This document shows, in pieces, positions 30,518 through 40,688 of a stretch of 64,000 nt of DNA. Positions within the stretch are counted from its first letter, which is position 1; every line of letters begins with the position of its first letter. Source of the DNA: an uncultured Bacilli bacterium. Lineage in GTDB: Bacteria; Bacillota_I; Bacilli_A; RF39; UBA660. The position numbers and the translations under genes were made by a program. The stretch lies in NCBI GenBank assembly GCA_934099115.1, contig CAKOPK010000003.1:24409-88408 (forward strand), given 5' to 3'. The notes beneath the pieces are model-generated. The model ran no database searches. It had not been told where the DNA came from and saw only the letters and a program-made list of their open reading frames with translations.

Positions 30518-31009
30518 ATGATTAACAAACAAAACTTATGGTTTATTACGCTTTTTTCATTAATAATGGTTTTAAGCATTTATTATTTAACTATGAGTGA
30601 AGATTCACTTTCTACTTTAAATGTCAGCAAAAATGAGAACAATACAAGTGATGTAGTTATCTCTCAAAACGAAACTTTAGTAGCACTTAAAGTTGCAAAT
30701 GAAGAAGCTTTAGTTTTAAAAATAGAAGAACTGCAAAATACGCTCTTAAATAATGGAGCAACCATTCAAGAAAAGAATAAAGCTTATGAAGAATTACAAA
30801 ATATCAATAAAATTGAAAGCGAAAAAGAAACTATCGAAAAATTAATGAAAGACAGTTTTAAACTAGATTCCGTCGTTAGTATTGATGGTAATAAAATCCT
30901 AGTCACAATTGCTAGTAGTACTCATGATTCTACTCTTGCAAATAACATTATTAGAAGCGTTCAAGCTCTATATAGTAATACCAAATATATAACTGTTAAA
31001 TTCAGTTAA
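30518..31009 (+). CDS. SpoIIIAH-like protein
   Basis: 163 aa. MINKQNLWFITLFSLIMVLSIYYL mirrors the SpoIIIAH N-terminus (KKQTVWLLTMLSLVVVLSVYY). The C-terminal ...KILVTIASS...ITVKFS mirrors the SpoIIIAH YscJ-like end. Confidence 0.65.
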   Translation: MINKQNLWFITLFSLIMVLSIYYLTMSEDSLSTLNVSKNENNTSDVVISQNETLVALKVANEEALVLKIEELQNTLLNNGATIQEKNKAYEELQNINKIESEKETIEKLMKDSFKLDSVVSIDGNKILVTIASSTHDSTLANNIIRSVQALYSNTKYITVKFS

Positions 31010-31072
31010 CTAGGCAAACATATTTAACTTTTTTATCTTCTTTTCATAAAATACACTAGAAGACTTTACAAT

Positions 31073-31297
31073 ATGAAAGGAAGATATCAAGTGAAAAGAG
31101 GTATTTTAACAAAACGAGAACAAGAAATATTTACTCTACTAGTAGAAACAAAGACAACAAAAGAAATTGCAGCACTACTTGGCATTAGTGAAAAAACAGT
31201 TCGCAATCATATTTCTAACGCCATGCAAAAATTAGAAGTAAAAGGACGTTCTGGAGCTTTGATTGAATTACTTAAATTAGGTGAAATTACATTATAA
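31073..31297 (+). CDS. gerE: LuxR-type HTH sporulation regulator GerE
   Basis: 74 aa. LTKREQEIFTLLVETKTTKEIAALLGISEKTVRNHISNAMQKLEVKGRSGALIELLKLGEI is nearly collinear with B. subtilis GerE as I recall it. Confidence 0.8.
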   Translation: MKGRYQVKRGILTKREQEIFTLLVETKTTKEIAALLGISEKTVRNHISNAMQKLEVKGRSGALIELLKLGEITL

Positions 31298-31300
31298 GTT

Positions 31301-31324
31301 AATCTCCTTAATGGAGATTTTTTA
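31301..31324 (+). terminator. intrinsic terminator of gerE
   Basis: AATCTCC-ttaat-GGAGATT followed by TTTT. Confidence 0.6.
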
Positions 31325-31372
31325 ATTCTATTTTTTTATCTTCTTAAGTATACTTTTAATAGGTGATTATTT

Positions 31373-32311
31373 ATGCTAAAAAAAAGTGCTATAAGAAGAA
31401 TTACAACAGCTTCCATCGCTTTAATTATCGCTTCTATTCTTTATTTTTTTCCCAGTAATGAAACAATGATTACACCAAATAAAACCCATTATATAGATGT
31501 ATTGAAAACTCCCATATATTTGTTAAATAAAGAAGAACTCGTCGTAAGAACAGATATTGCAATAGAAAATAATGATACTCTCAATAAGATTAAAGAATTA
31601 ATCACAGCTTTAACAATAAATAGTGAGAAAAAAGAATATATATTAAAAAATTTTAAGCAAATTATTCCAGAGCAAACTAAAGTATTAGATATTTCTTTAA
31701 CAGATGGTTTATTAAAAGTTAACTTTTCTAAAGAGTTTTTAACCATCGAAAAAGATAAAGAAGAAGCATTAATAGAAGCATTAATCTATACTTTAACAGA
31801 TATAGAAGAAGTAAAAGAAATAATGATTTTTATAGATGGTGAAAAATTAAATATTCTTCCTCAATCTAAAATAATTTTACCAAATACTTTAGATAGAAAC
31901 TATGGAATTAATAAAATCTACGATTTAAATGATTTAAAGAATAGTTCTAAAACTACAGTCTATTTTCTAGGAAAAGAAGATGATGTAACTTATTATATAC
32001 CAGTAACTAAAATCAATAATACTGAAAAAAATAAAATCGAAGTCATCATCGAAGAATTAAAAAGCTCTCCTATCTATGAAACCAATTTAATTAGTTATTT
32101 AGCATCCAGTGCTGAGCTGTTAAATTATCAAATCTTAGAAAATCAAGTAAACTTATCTTTTAACAATTATATATTTGATGACTTAAATGAAAAAAATATT
32201 CTAGAAGAAGTAAAGTATTCTATTTCTCTTTCTTTAAAAGATTCTATTGGTGCAAAACAAGTAAATTTCATTGTAGACGAAGAAGTAATAGACACAATTG
32301 ATGTTCCTTAA
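31373..32311 (+). CDS. GerM-like (two GerMN-type domains) membrane-anchored germination/sporulation protein
   Basis: 312 aa. N-terminal TM, then two repeats of the (V/I)Y(F/L)L...(I/V)PV pattern and LKVNFSKEF, typical of GerMN domains. Confidence 0.55.
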   Translation: MLKKSAIRRITTASIALIIASILYFFPSNETMITPNKTHYIDVLKTPIYLLNKEELVVRTDIAIENNDTLNKIKELITALTINSEKKEYILKNFKQIIPEQTKVLDISLTDGLLKVNFSKEFLTIEKDKEEALIEALIYTLTDIEEVKEIMIFIDGEKLNILPQSKIILPNTLDRNYGINKIYDLNDLKNSSKTTVYFLGKEDDVTYYIPVTKINNTEKNKIEVIIEELKSSPIYETNLISYLASSAELLNYQILENQVNLSFNNYIFDDLNEKNILEEVKYSISLSLKDSIGAKQVNFIVDEEVIDTIDVP

Positions 32312-32426
32312 AAATATATATTTAAGAATTAGAAAATGTAACTAATTTATTAAATAATTTATAAAAAAAGTGTTTGAAATAATAAAGCAAGAAAAAAAGC
32401 CTTATTTAAAGACTTTATTTACGAAA

Positions 32427-32503
32427 TGGTGACTCCGGAGTGATTCGAACACTCGACCGATCGCTTAGAAGGCGATTGCTCTATCCAGCTGAGCTACGGA
32501 GTC
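32427..32503 (-). tRNA. tRNA-Arg (anticodon UCU)
   Basis: Minus strand GACTCCGTAGCTCAGCTGGATAGAGCAATCGCCTTCTAAGCGATCGGTCGAGTGTTCGAATCACTCCGGAGTCACCA. Anticodon loop CUUCUAA. Confidence 0.9.
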
Positions 32504-32524
32504 ATAATTACTCGCTGTAATTTC

Positions 32525-32553
32525 ATTATAAACCATTTTTTCGGATTTTTCAA
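32525..32553 (-). promoter_or_regulatory. consensus-like sigma-A promoter of tRNA-Arg
   Basis: Minus strand TTGAAA (32553-32548), 17-nt spacer, TATAAT (32530-32525). Confidence 0.6.
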
Positions 32554-32560
32554 GAGAAAA

Positions 32561-33019
32561 TTAACGACTTTTACTTTTCTCTTTCTCACCCATAGTATTT
32601 CCCAATTCTTGTTCTTTTATAAGTCTAAAATCTATAATTTTACTTCTAATTTCATTTTCTAAAATTTTTAACTTTTTTAAACACTTTTCTCTTTTCTTTT
32701 TCGACAAAATCAAATTATATTTTGCAATTAAAATATTACGCAACCTAGCAATATCATCTAGTGCAATCAAAAAACCAGTATCTGTTGGATTATCCTCATC
32801 ATCTTGTAAAAAATTTAAATAAGTCTCTAATATTTTTTTATATTTCTTATCAAAATAATAAGTTATTAAAGAATCTATAATTTGAGGATTAACAATAATA
32901 ATTTCTTTAACCTTATTATTCTTTAACTTATAATGAAAACCTTCAATTGGCGTTTCTAGTTCCATAATTTCTAAATCTGATTTTAAATTCTTAATTGCAA
33001 AATTTAACACATGCTTCAC
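32561..33019 (-). CDS. hypothetical protein (152 aa, C-terminal basic coiled region)
   Basis: ORF abutting the trmD stop. No family recognised. Confidence 0.45.
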   Translation of the reverse strand: MKHVLNFAIKNLKSDLEIMELETPIEGFHYKLKNNKVKEIIIVNPQIIDSLITYYFDKKYKKILETYLNFLQDDEDNPTDTGFLIALDDIARLRNILIAKYNLILSKKKREKCLKKLKILENEIRSKIIDFRLIKEQELGNTMGEKEKSKSR

Positions 33020-33685
33020 CTACTTTAATAAATCTGGTCTTTTTTCTTTTGTTATTCTTATTTGCTCTTCTAATCGATATTGAGTTATCTTTTTATGATC
33101 CCCACTTAATAACACATCCGGTACTAAATAACCCCTAAAATCCCTCGGTTTCGTATAAACTGGATAATCTAATAAATTATTCTTAAAAGACTCATTCTGA
33201 AAAGAATCTTTTGCTATAACCCCAGGAATAAATCTTGATAAAGTATCTAAAATAACCAAAGACGGAAGTTCTCCTCCAGTTAAAACATAATCTCCAATGC
33301 TTATTTCGCCATCTACAAAATTCTTAATTCTCTCATCAAAACCCTCGTAATGTCCACAAACAAGAATTAAATGTTTTGTACTAAAAACTAAAGTAGAAGC
33401 AAAACTATCACTTAATAATGTCCCACCTGGAGACATCAGATAAACTTTGGAATCATCAGTCTTGACGGCTTCTATAGCTCTAACAACAGGTTCACACATC
33501 AAAACCATTCCAGAGCCTCCCCCATAAGGAGTATCATCTACTTGATTATTATTATATAATGTATAATCTCTAATATTAATAATCTCTACTTCTATTAATT
33601 CTTTTTCTATAGCTCTTTTTATAATGCTTTCCTTTATATAACTTTCAATAATATTAGGAAATAAAGTTAAAATGGTAAATTTCAT
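33020..33685 (-). CDS. trmD: tRNA (guanine37-N1)-methyltransferase
   Basis: 221 aa with [18 protein letters not shown] and [12 protein letters not shown] motifs. Confidence 0.95.
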   Translation of the reverse strand: MKFTILTLFPNIIESYIKESIIKRAIEKELIEVEIINIRDYTLYNNNQVDDTPYGGGSGMVLMCEPVVRAIEAVKTDDSKVYLMSPGGTLLSDSFASTLVFSTKHLILVCGHYEGFDERIKNFVDGEISIGDYVLTGGELPSLVILDTLSRFIPGVIAKDSFQNESFKNNLLDYPVYTKPRDFRGYLVPDVLLSGDHKKITQYRLEEQIRITKEKRPDLLK

Positions 33686-34164
33686 ATTATCAAATCCTCT
33701 ATATTTACTACTTCTATTTGTTTTTTATCTAAATCTACATGTTTTATATAGTCCCCATGATAAGGTATATAATACTTCTTATTAACTTCTAATAAAGTAT
33801 TGCCATTATTATCATAAATATTACTAATAGTTCCATAAGATTTATGATTACAAACTACTTCTAAATATAACAAGTCATCTAATATATACTCATCCTTTTT
33901 TAAATTTAAAACATCTCTATCTACATACACTTTTTCTCCCTTAAATTTTAAAACATCATTAATATTACAAAATTGGTCTATAGTAATCATATCAAAATTT
34001 TTATGTTTGCGATAAGTCCTTATTTGATGTTTTTCTTTATTTTTACCTATATATATAAATGTATTTTCTCTAAAAACTTGTTCTTTTTTTTCTATATTGC
34101 TTAATATACGTAGTTCCCCTTTAATACCATGCGTATTTACAATCTTTCCTACATAAACATTCAC
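33682..34164 (-). CDS. rimM: 16S rRNA processing protein RimM
   Basis: 160 aa with [15 protein letters not shown] and a PRC-barrel-like C-terminus. Overlaps the trmD start. Confidence 0.85.
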   Translation of the reverse strand: MNVYVGKIVNTHGIKGELRILSNIEKKEQVFRENTFIYIGKNKEKHQIRTYRKHKNFDMITIDQFCNINDVLKFKGEKVYVDRDVLNLKKDEYILDDLLYLEVVCNHKSYGTISNIYDNNGNTLLEVNKKYYIPYHGDYIKHVDLDKKQIEVVNIEDLII

Positions 34165-34165
34165 G

Positions 34166-34468
34166 CTATCTTCCCCTTTTATCTGTTCTATCTAAATAAT
34201 CAATTATATATACTATATCATCATTTACAATAATAGGAAGTATTTCTGGCTCCTGATAATTCATTTTTTCTAACTCATACTTTAACAATGCTAAATATAA
34301 AGAATGTTTTAAAGGTTTATTCTTTCTAACACCATTTATCGTTAAAAAGCAAAATATTTCTCCATTCATAACTTCACTAGTTATTTCCGTTTTACCACTT
34401 ACAAAATCACTAATAGCAGAACTTGCTAACTTATTAGTAACACTTCTTAATAAATTCATTGTTTTCAT
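34166..34468 (-). CDS. hypothetical protein (100 aa)
   Basis: ORF tightly packed upstream of rimM. No motif recognised. Confidence 0.4.
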   Translation of the reverse strand: MKTMNLLRSVTNKLASSAISDFVSGKTEITSEVMNGEIFCFLTINGVRKNKPLKHSLYLALLKYELEKMNYQEPEILPIIVNDDIVYIIDYLDRTDKRGR

Positions 34469-34482
34469 AATTTTTTCCTTTC

Positions 34483-35211
34483 TTATTTCTTACTTATCTC
34501 ATAAAAAATAATACTTGCACTGACTCCAGCATTTAAGCTTTCACAGGAACTAGCAATAGGGATATTTATCAAATAATCACACTTTTCTTTTAATGTAATG
34601 CTCATTCCTTGACCTTCATTTCCAATAATAACAGCATTCTTTTTAGAAAACGGAATATCATTTAAAGAAGTTCCCTTTACCACATCTGTTCCATAAATAG
34701 TATAACCTAGTTTTTTTAATTTGTCTATTTCTTTCCTTAAATCTCCTTTTATATAATTTAGAGAAAATAACATACCTTCTGTAGCTCGAATAGTCTTTTC
34801 ATTATATAAATCTACAGTATCAGGACTCATTAGAATAGTCTCAAATTGAAAAGCAACTGCACTACGAATAATAGTTCCTAAATTTCCTGGGTCTTGAATA
34901 TGATCTAAAATACAAACATTTCCGGCTACTTCCTTTTGTTCTAATTTCTCTACAATAGCCATAACAGGACTGATACTAACTTGACTAGATATTTTCTTTA
35001 AAATAGCCTCCGTAACTTGATAAAATGGTATCCCCGGTACTTCCCATGAATCATCTAAAGCTATAATTGCTTTTATTTTTCCATGTATTTTTGCTAATTC
35101 TAAAAGATGATCTCCTTCAATTAAAAATTCATTTCTTAAATCTCTATATTTTTTTTCTTTTAATTTCATCCATTCTTTTACCTTAAGATTATTTATCGAT
35201 TCTATTTTCAT
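34483..35211 (-). CDS. TrmH/SpoU-family RNA 2'-O-methyltransferase
   Basis: 242 aa with DHIQDPGNLGTIIRSA, IIGNEGQGM and SLNAGVSASI motifs. Confidence 0.8.
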   Translation of the reverse strand: MKIESINNLKVKEWMKLKEKKYRDLRNEFLIEGDHLLELAKIHGKIKAIIALDDSWEVPGIPFYQVTEAILKKISSQVSISPVMAIVEKLEQKEVAGNVCILDHIQDPGNLGTIIRSAVAFQFETILMSPDTVDLYNEKTIRATEGMLFSLNYIKGDLRKEIDKLKKLGYTIYGTDVVKGTSLNDIPFSKKNAVIIGNEGQGMSITLKEKCDYLINIPIASSCESLNAGVSASIIFYEISKK

Positions 35212-35837
35212 TCTTTTAAATCCTTTCTTGCTTCTTTATAATTAGTATCATAAATACTCACCATTTTCCAAAATTCTTTACCATGATTATGATGAAAAAA
35301 ATGACACATTTCATGAACAATAACATATCTTAAATCTTCTATTCTATATCGTATTAATTCACTATTTAAAGTAATTGTATTTAATTTATAATTACATACG
35401 CCCCATCTAGTCTTCATCTTTCTAATTTTTAAACAAAATTCTGGAGGGTGAATTATTTGTTTCAGCTTTTCTGATTCTTCTTTAAAAATTTCTAAAGTTT
35501 TCTTCTTTACATAAGCATCTAACATATCTTGATTTTTTACATAAATATATTCTCCATTTATTTCTACTTCTGTTCTATTAATATCATAAACTACTATATA
35601 TTTAACTCCCAAATACCAGAACTCATTATTTTTTTCTAACTTTTTTTCCTTTGCATCATACATTTTTATTAAATCTTTTTCTTTTAATTGTATTAATTTC
35701 AATAATTCTTTATCACTTATTCTATATGGAACACTTATATTTAATACTTGATTATCATCAATGCGAAAATAAATATTCTTTATTTTTTTACGTATAACAT
35801 GAACCATTACTGTTTTATCTTTTAATTGAATTTCCAT
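35208..35837 (-). CDS. YgjP-like (DUF45/M48-type) metal-dependent hydrolase
   Basis: 209 aa with RWGVCN and the HEMCHFFHHNHGKEFW zinc motif. ATGA overlap with the downstream methyltransferase. Confidence 0.75.
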   Translation of the reverse strand: MEIQLKDKTVMVHVIRKKIKNIYFRIDDNQVLNISVPYRISDKELLKLIQLKEKDLIKMYDAKEKKLEKNNEFWYLGVKYIVVYDINRTEVEINGEYIYVKNQDMLDAYVKKKTLEIFKEESEKLKQIIHPPEFCLKIRKMKTRWGVCNYKLNTITLNSELIRYRIEDLRYVIVHEMCHFFHHNHGKEFWKMVSIYDTNYKEARKDLKE

Positions 35838-35893
35838 AAAACCACCTATTAAATATTATATATTAGAAATCTTAAAGAAAAAAGAGTTTTATT

Positions 35894-36244
35894 TTAAATT
35901 AGCTCTTTTTCTATCCATTTCATAATTAAACCTACAATATAATCTACTTCTTTCTTTGTTAATGCTCTATCTTTAGGAATATGGTACCATTTATATAAAC
36001 AGCCTCGACAACAAGTAGCAGTTCCATGTTCAGCAATAAAAACAGGATGTCCCTTATAAGGGGTTTGTTTCCCATCATGAATAGTAGGATAAATAGCAAG
36101 TCTTTTTTCTATAAAAGAATAAGCATGTTCTCTTATCTTATCTACTCCTACTCTTTTAATATAAGCCTTATCCGTATCTTTTAAATGAAATTTACTCCTA
36201 AAGTTTGATTTTTGTAATTTCTCTAGAATAAAATCATAATTCAT
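35894..36244 (-). CDS. DUF4186-like protein
   Basis: 116 aa with HGTATCCRGCLYKWYHIP, typical of DUF4186 as I recall it. Confidence 0.55.
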   Translation of the reverse strand: MNYDFILEKLQKSNFRSKFHLKDTDKAYIKRVGVDKIREHAYSFIEKRLAIYPTIHDGKQTPYKGHPVFIAEHGTATCCRGCLYKWYHIPKDRALTKKEVDYIVGLIMKWIEKELI

Positions 36245-36245
36245 A

Positions 36246-37535
36246 TTAATTCTTTTTAGGCTTTAATATTTCTACTCCACCCATATATGGCCTTAAAGCT
36301 TCTGGAACTTTTATACTTCCATCTTCTTGATAATTATTTTCTAAAAAAGCAATTAATCCTCTAGGTGTTGCAAGAACAGTATTATTTAATGTTGTCACAT
36401 AATAATTTCCTTTTTCTCCCTTAGCACGTATTCCTAAACGTCTAGCTTGTGCTTCTCCCAAAATAGAACAAGACCCAACTTCAAAATACTTTTGTTGTCT
36501 TGGACTCCAAGCTTCTACATCACATGATTTAACTTTTAAATCCGCTAAATCTCCACTACAACATTCTAAGGTACGAACTGGAATATCTAAACTTCTAAAG
36601 AATTCTACAGTATAACTCCACATCTTATTATACCAATCCATTCCCTCTTCTGATCTACATAATACTACCATTTCTTGTTTTTCAAATTGATGAACACGAT
36701 ATAATCCTCTTTCCTCAATACCATGAGCACCTACTTCTTTTCTAAAACAAGGAGAATAACTAGTTAATGTTATAGGAAGTTCACTTTCTTTAACAATTTG
36801 GTCTTTAAATTTTCCAATCATAGAATGTTCACTAGTACCAATTAAAAATAAATCTTCTCCTTCAATCTTATACATCATTGCATCCATTTCTGCAAAAGAC
36901 ATAACCCCTGTTACAACATCACTTCTAATCATAAACGGTGGGACACAATAAATAAAACCTTTATTAATCATAAAATCTCTCGCATAACTTAACATAGCGC
37001 TATGAAGTCTAGCTATATCCCCCATTAAATAATAAAAGCCATTTCCACTGGTTCTCCCAGCACTATCTTTATCTAATCCGTTAAAATTCTCACAAATAAG
37101 TGCATGATAAGGAATTTCATAATTAGGAACCACTGGTTCTCCAAACTTTTCTATTTCTACATTTTCACTATCATCTTTACCAATAGGAACAGAATCATCA
37201 ATAATTTGAGGAATAATCATCATTTTTTCCTTAATTTCTTCCTCTAATTTAACTTCTTCTTGCTCTAAATTATTTATTTCTTCTGCATAATTAGCAACTT
37301 TATTTTTAGCTTCTTTAGCTTCTTCTATTCTCTTTTCTCTCATAAGTGCTCCAATTTCATCACTTATTTTATTTTTTTCACTTCTTAATTTATCTGCCTT
37401 TGCTTTTCTATCACGATATTCTATATCTAATTGATAGACCTCATCTACTAAAGAAAGCTTTTCATCTTGAAATTTCTTTCTAATATTTTCTTTTACTAAT
37501 TCTTTGTTTTCTCTTATTAATTTAATATCGATCAT
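36246..37535 (-). CDS. serS: seryl-tRNA synthetase
   Basis: 429 aa. N-terminal coiled-coil arm and class II core (FRKEVGAHG, RVHQFEKQE, TLNNTVLATPR). Confidence 0.95.
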   Translation of the reverse strand: MIDIKLIRENKELVKENIRKKFQDEKLSLVDEVYQLDIEYRDRKAKADKLRSEKNKISDEIGALMREKRIEEAKEAKNKVANYAEEINNLEQEEVKLEEEIKEKMMIIPQIIDDSVPIGKDDSENVEIEKFGEPVVPNYEIPYHALICENFNGLDKDSAGRTSGNGFYYLMGDIARLHSAMLSYARDFMINKGFIYCVPPFMIRSDVVTGVMSFAEMDAMMYKIEGEDLFLIGTSEHSMIGKFKDQIVKESELPITLTSYSPCFRKEVGAHGIEERGLYRVHQFEKQEMVVLCRSEEGMDWYNKMWSYTVEFFRSLDIPVRTLECCSGDLADLKVKSCDVEAWSPRQQKYFEVGSCSILGEAQARRLGIRAKGEKGNYYVTTLNNTVLATPRGLIAFLENNYQEDGSIKVPEALRPYMGGVEILKPKKN

Positions 37536-37539
37536 AATT

Positions 37540-37740
37540 CTTCATCCTTTCTTTTAAAATAAAAAAATACCCAAAACATCTAGGAGCAATGTCTTGCGGT
37601 ACCATCCTTTATTTTACTTAATTATGATAACGGTTTTACCCGGGGAAGATTAATCCCACTAAAGAAGTAGATTTCATATATTCTTTTTATTCGTTCTCAC
37701 CAACCACGAATTCTCTTCTTAAAAAGTAATATACTACTTA
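37540..37740 (-). promoter_or_regulatory. T-box leader RNA of serS (specifier UCU)
   Basis: Minus strand shows the stem I base AAGAAG...CTTCTT, AGAGA, the distal loop GGUUGGUGAGAA, the specifier context GAAA-UCU-A just before stem closure (UCU = 37671-37669), the T-box AAAGGAUGGUACCGCAAG (plus 37594-37607), and the terminator ACCGCAAGACAT / ATGTTTTGGGT followed by TTTTTTT. Confidence 0.8.
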
Positions 37741-37776
37741 TCTCCTTTTTTGCTTTCATATATAATATAACACAAA

Positions 37777-38376
37777 TTATACCCTTTGAGCAAGTTTTTT
37801 CTCTTCTTTTTCAAGTTCATATAGCAAATATGCTTCTTCTATTTTTCTTTCTTCTTTCCAAAATCTTAAATTAATATAAAAATCTATAAATTTAAGCATT
37901 TCTTTATCTATATAATCTTTAATCCTTCTATTTAAATAAACTGTCTTTTTATTTTTTAAATAAATAGATATAAAAGAAGAGTTATCTTTTCTTAATATAT
38001 TTAATAAATCTTTTTCTATAAAAGAATGAAATAATAAATAAATTCTATAAAATTCTTCTTTGCTAACTGTAGAATAAATCTCTATTTCTTGCATAATTTT
38101 CTTTTGCTTTTCTCTTAAAGCTTTTACTCTCTTATTTCTTATTTCTTTTTCTTTTTTAACACTAGAATAAATTGTTTTTAAATTTTGAGACATCAAGTCT
38201 CCAAAAGTAAAATAATCCATATAATCTAAACAAATATCAATATATTTATTTTCAATAGAATTACTAAAAGCTCTTTCCACCAATTCTCCTTCATACTTAC
38301 TAATTAAATATAAATCTTCCCTCTCTAGTTTTAATTCTCTTCTAATGTTTTCTAAACAATCAAATATATCCCACAT
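37777..38376 (-). CDS. hypothetical protein (199 aa)
   Basis: ORF only. Sits where sufB would be expected, after sufU, but shows no SufB-like sequence. Confidence 0.45.
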   Translation of the reverse strand: MWDIFDCLENIRRELKLEREDLYLISKYEGELVERAFSNSIENKYIDICLDYMDYFTFGDLMSQNLKTIYSSVKKEKEIRNKRVKALREKQKKIMQEIEIYSTVSKEEFYRIYLLFHSFIEKDLLNILRKDNSSFISIYLKNKKTVYLNRRIKDYIDKEMLKFIDFYINLRFWKEERKIEEAYLLYELEKEEKKLAQRV

Positions 38377-38435
38377 AAAACCAGTCCTTTACGAGGCTTA
38401 TTATAATCAAATAATATTCTTTTTGCAAGAAAAAA

Positions 38436-38858
38436 CTATTTATTTTCTAAAATAGCCTTTTCTAAACCTCTAAATGGTAGAGTAGCACACGTTTTTCTAT
38501 TACCTTGCTTATATATATCACTATAAGCATTTCCTTCTTTTAATAAATCACTTTGATATTCTTTTCCCTCAGTCATTTTATAAAATTCATGAATATACTC
38601 TAAAGCTTCTTCTTTTGTTTTTCCAATTAAATTATTAATCATAACAGATGTAGCTGATATCGAAATAGCACAAGCTTCTCCATCAAATGTAATGTCTGTT
38701 ATCTTATTATCTTCAAATTTAATATAGATATCTATGTTATCAATACAAGAAGCATTATTTGTATTTACTTTAACATAATCTTCATTAGTAACACGATAAC
38801 GATTAGTGGGATGACTATAATTCTCCATAATAATTTCTCTTTTTAGTTCTGCATCCAT
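38436..38858 (-). CDS. sufU: Fe-S cluster assembly sulfur-transfer protein SufU
   Basis: 140 aa NifU-N/IscU-like protein with conserved Cys positions (NASCID, GEACAIS, RKTCATL). Directly after sufS. Confidence 0.85.
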   Translation of the reverse strand: MDAELKREIIMENYSHPTNRYRVTNEDYVKVNTNNASCIDNIDIYIKFEDNKITDITFDGEACAISISATSVMINNLIGKTKEEALEYIHEFYKMTEGKEYQSDLLKEGNAYSDIYKQGNRKTCATLPFRGLEKAILENK

Positions 38859-40057
38859 TATATCATCTCTTTCTCTATTTTATTATAATCACTTAATAAT
38901 TCTACTAAATTATCTATTTCTTCATAAGTATTATAAAAATATAAACTTACTCTAACAGTATTAGTAACTCCTACACTGGATTTTAATATCTTAGCACAAT
39001 GGTTACCCGCTCTAACACAAATATTATATTTGTTTAAATAGTATGCGACATCTTGACTAAAAATATGATTAACATTAAAAGCTACTATTCCACTATCACT
39101 TTCTAAATTAATGATATCTATATGTTTAATTGGTATTAACTTTTCAATTAAATACTTTCTTAATTCTTGTTCATATTTTTCTATTTTTTCCATGCCTACA
39201 CTATTTAAATATTTAATAGCTTCTCCAAGGCCTATAACCCCAGCTATATTTTGGGTACCAGCTTCTAAACGAGTAGGAAGTTGTTTTAAAAATACTTCAT
39301 CTGGATTATCAAAAGATTCATTCATACCGCCACCTAAATTAATTGGTTCTAAATTTTCTAATAATTCTTTTTTTCCATATAATACCCCAATACCTGTAGG
39401 TCCACACATTTTATGTCCAGAGAATGTTAAAAAATCAATATCTAAATCTCTTACATCAACTTTTTCATGTGGAACCATTTGTGCTCCATCGACAACCATA
39501 AATATGTTATTTTCATGAGCTAACTTAGCTATTTCTTTAATTGGGCGTTTATCACCAATTACATTAGTAATCCCAGCTAGACTAATTACCTTTGTTTTAG
39601 AAGTAATTGCTTTTCTTACATTTTCTATGGTTACATAATGATAACTATCTAAAGGAATATAATTTACTTTAATACCTAACTTTTTAACAAGTCTAAACCA
39701 AGGTAATACATTAGAAGCATGTTCACTAGTGGTAATTAATACTTCGTCCCCTTCTTCTAAAAGGTTAGCAAAAAAACCATTTACAATCATATTTAACCCT
39801 TCAGTAGCACCATTCGTAAATATAATCTCTTCTATATCTTCTGCATTTATAAATTCTCGAACTAATTCTCTAGCATTTTCATATTCTTGGTCTACACGAA
39901 AAGATAAATCATAATCCCCCCGATGAGCATTAGCAGAATAGTTAGTATAATAATCATTCATTTTATCAATAACACATTGAGGTTTTAAACTAGTTGCACT
40001 ATTATCTAAATAAATAATATCATTCTTTAAAAGAGGAAAATCTTCTCTATTCATCAC
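38858..40057 (-). CDS. sufS: cysteine desulfurase SufS
   Basis: 399 aa. PLP lysine context FSGHKMCGPTGIG and catalytic Cys context RAGNHCA. Confidence 0.9.
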   Translation of the reverse strand: MMNREDFPLLKNDIIYLDNSATSLKPQCVIDKMNDYYTNYSANAHRGDYDLSFRVDQEYENARELVREFINAEDIEEIIFTNGATEGLNMIVNGFFANLLEEGDEVLITTSEHASNVLPWFRLVKKLGIKVNYIPLDSYHYVTIENVRKAITSKTKVISLAGITNVIGDKRPIKEIAKLAHENNIFMVVDGAQMVPHEKVDVRDLDIDFLTFSGHKMCGPTGIGVLYGKKELLENLEPINLGGGMNESFDNPDEVFLKQLPTRLEAGTQNIAGVIGLGEAIKYLNSVGMEKIEKYEQELRKYLIEKLIPIKHIDIINLESDSGIVAFNVNHIFSQDVAYYLNKYNICVRAGNHCAKILKSSVGVTNTVRVSLYFYNTYEEIDNLVELLSDYNKIEKEMI

Positions 40058-40688
40058 TATTCACCTCCTTGTTCCATATATTTTTTAATTCTTCACTTAA
40101 AATACTTTCCATAAATGCTTTTTTTATCAATTTACGAGCTAATTCTTCACTTAATCCTTTACTCATTAAATAAAACAATTCTTCTTCACTAATTGGTCCA
40201 ATAGTAACAAAATGATTAGCCATCACTTCACTTGTATTAACAATCATATTAGGACTTATCTTAATAGTATCTTCATTTAAAATTAAGCCTTTTAAATCTT
40301 CAATTAATTCAGTATCAATAGTACCATCTTTAATAATTCCATCGCAAACTAAATTTAATTTACTTTCTTTTGTTTCATTAATACCTCTTATTTTTAAGAA
40401 CGACTTACAATTATTGCCTAATAAAGAAACAGTAACATCTATTTTATTATCACCCGTATTTAATAATAATTGGTTCCAGTAGAGTTTACTATTATGTGCT
40501 AAATTTATATTTATTTTTAAATCTTTTTTTAAAACATTTATCATATCAATCCTAAATACAACGTTTTCATCTATTGTAACAGTTATATTATTTTCATCTG
40601 TTATATAAGCATGAGCTTTTGTGTTTTCTGTTATTCTAGCATTATTTAAATTATCTAATTTACCCTCTACCACTAATAGTTTATTCAT
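40047..40688 (-). CDS. sufD: short SufB/SufD-family protein (about 214 aa)
   Basis: Sits between sufC and sufS, with beta-helix-like repeats and C-terminal EEELFYLMSKGLSEELARKLI typical of SufB/D. ATG 40688 overlaps the sufC stop (ATGAATAA). The ORF-track start at 40748 would overlap sufC by 68 nt. Confidence 0.6.
   Translation of the reverse strand: MNKLLVVEGKLDNLNNARITENTKAHAYITDENNITVTIDENVVFRIDMINVLKKDLKININLAHNSKLYWNQLLLNTGDNKIDVTVSLLGNNCKSFLKIRGINETKESKLNLVCDGIIKDGTIDTELIEDLKGLILNEDTIKISPNMIVNTSEVMANHFVTIGPISEEELFYLMSKGLSEELARKLIKKAFMESILSEELKNIWNKEVNSDE

Noticed and set aside
39111-39518. 135-aa plus-strand ORF inside sufS. Also 39729-39914, 43715-44068, 49526-49756 and 58437-58634.
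   Set aside because: These are antisense shadow ORFs of strongly supported genes (sufS, the pfkB kinase, infC/rpmI, rpsB). They have no motifs and no ribosome-binding sites.
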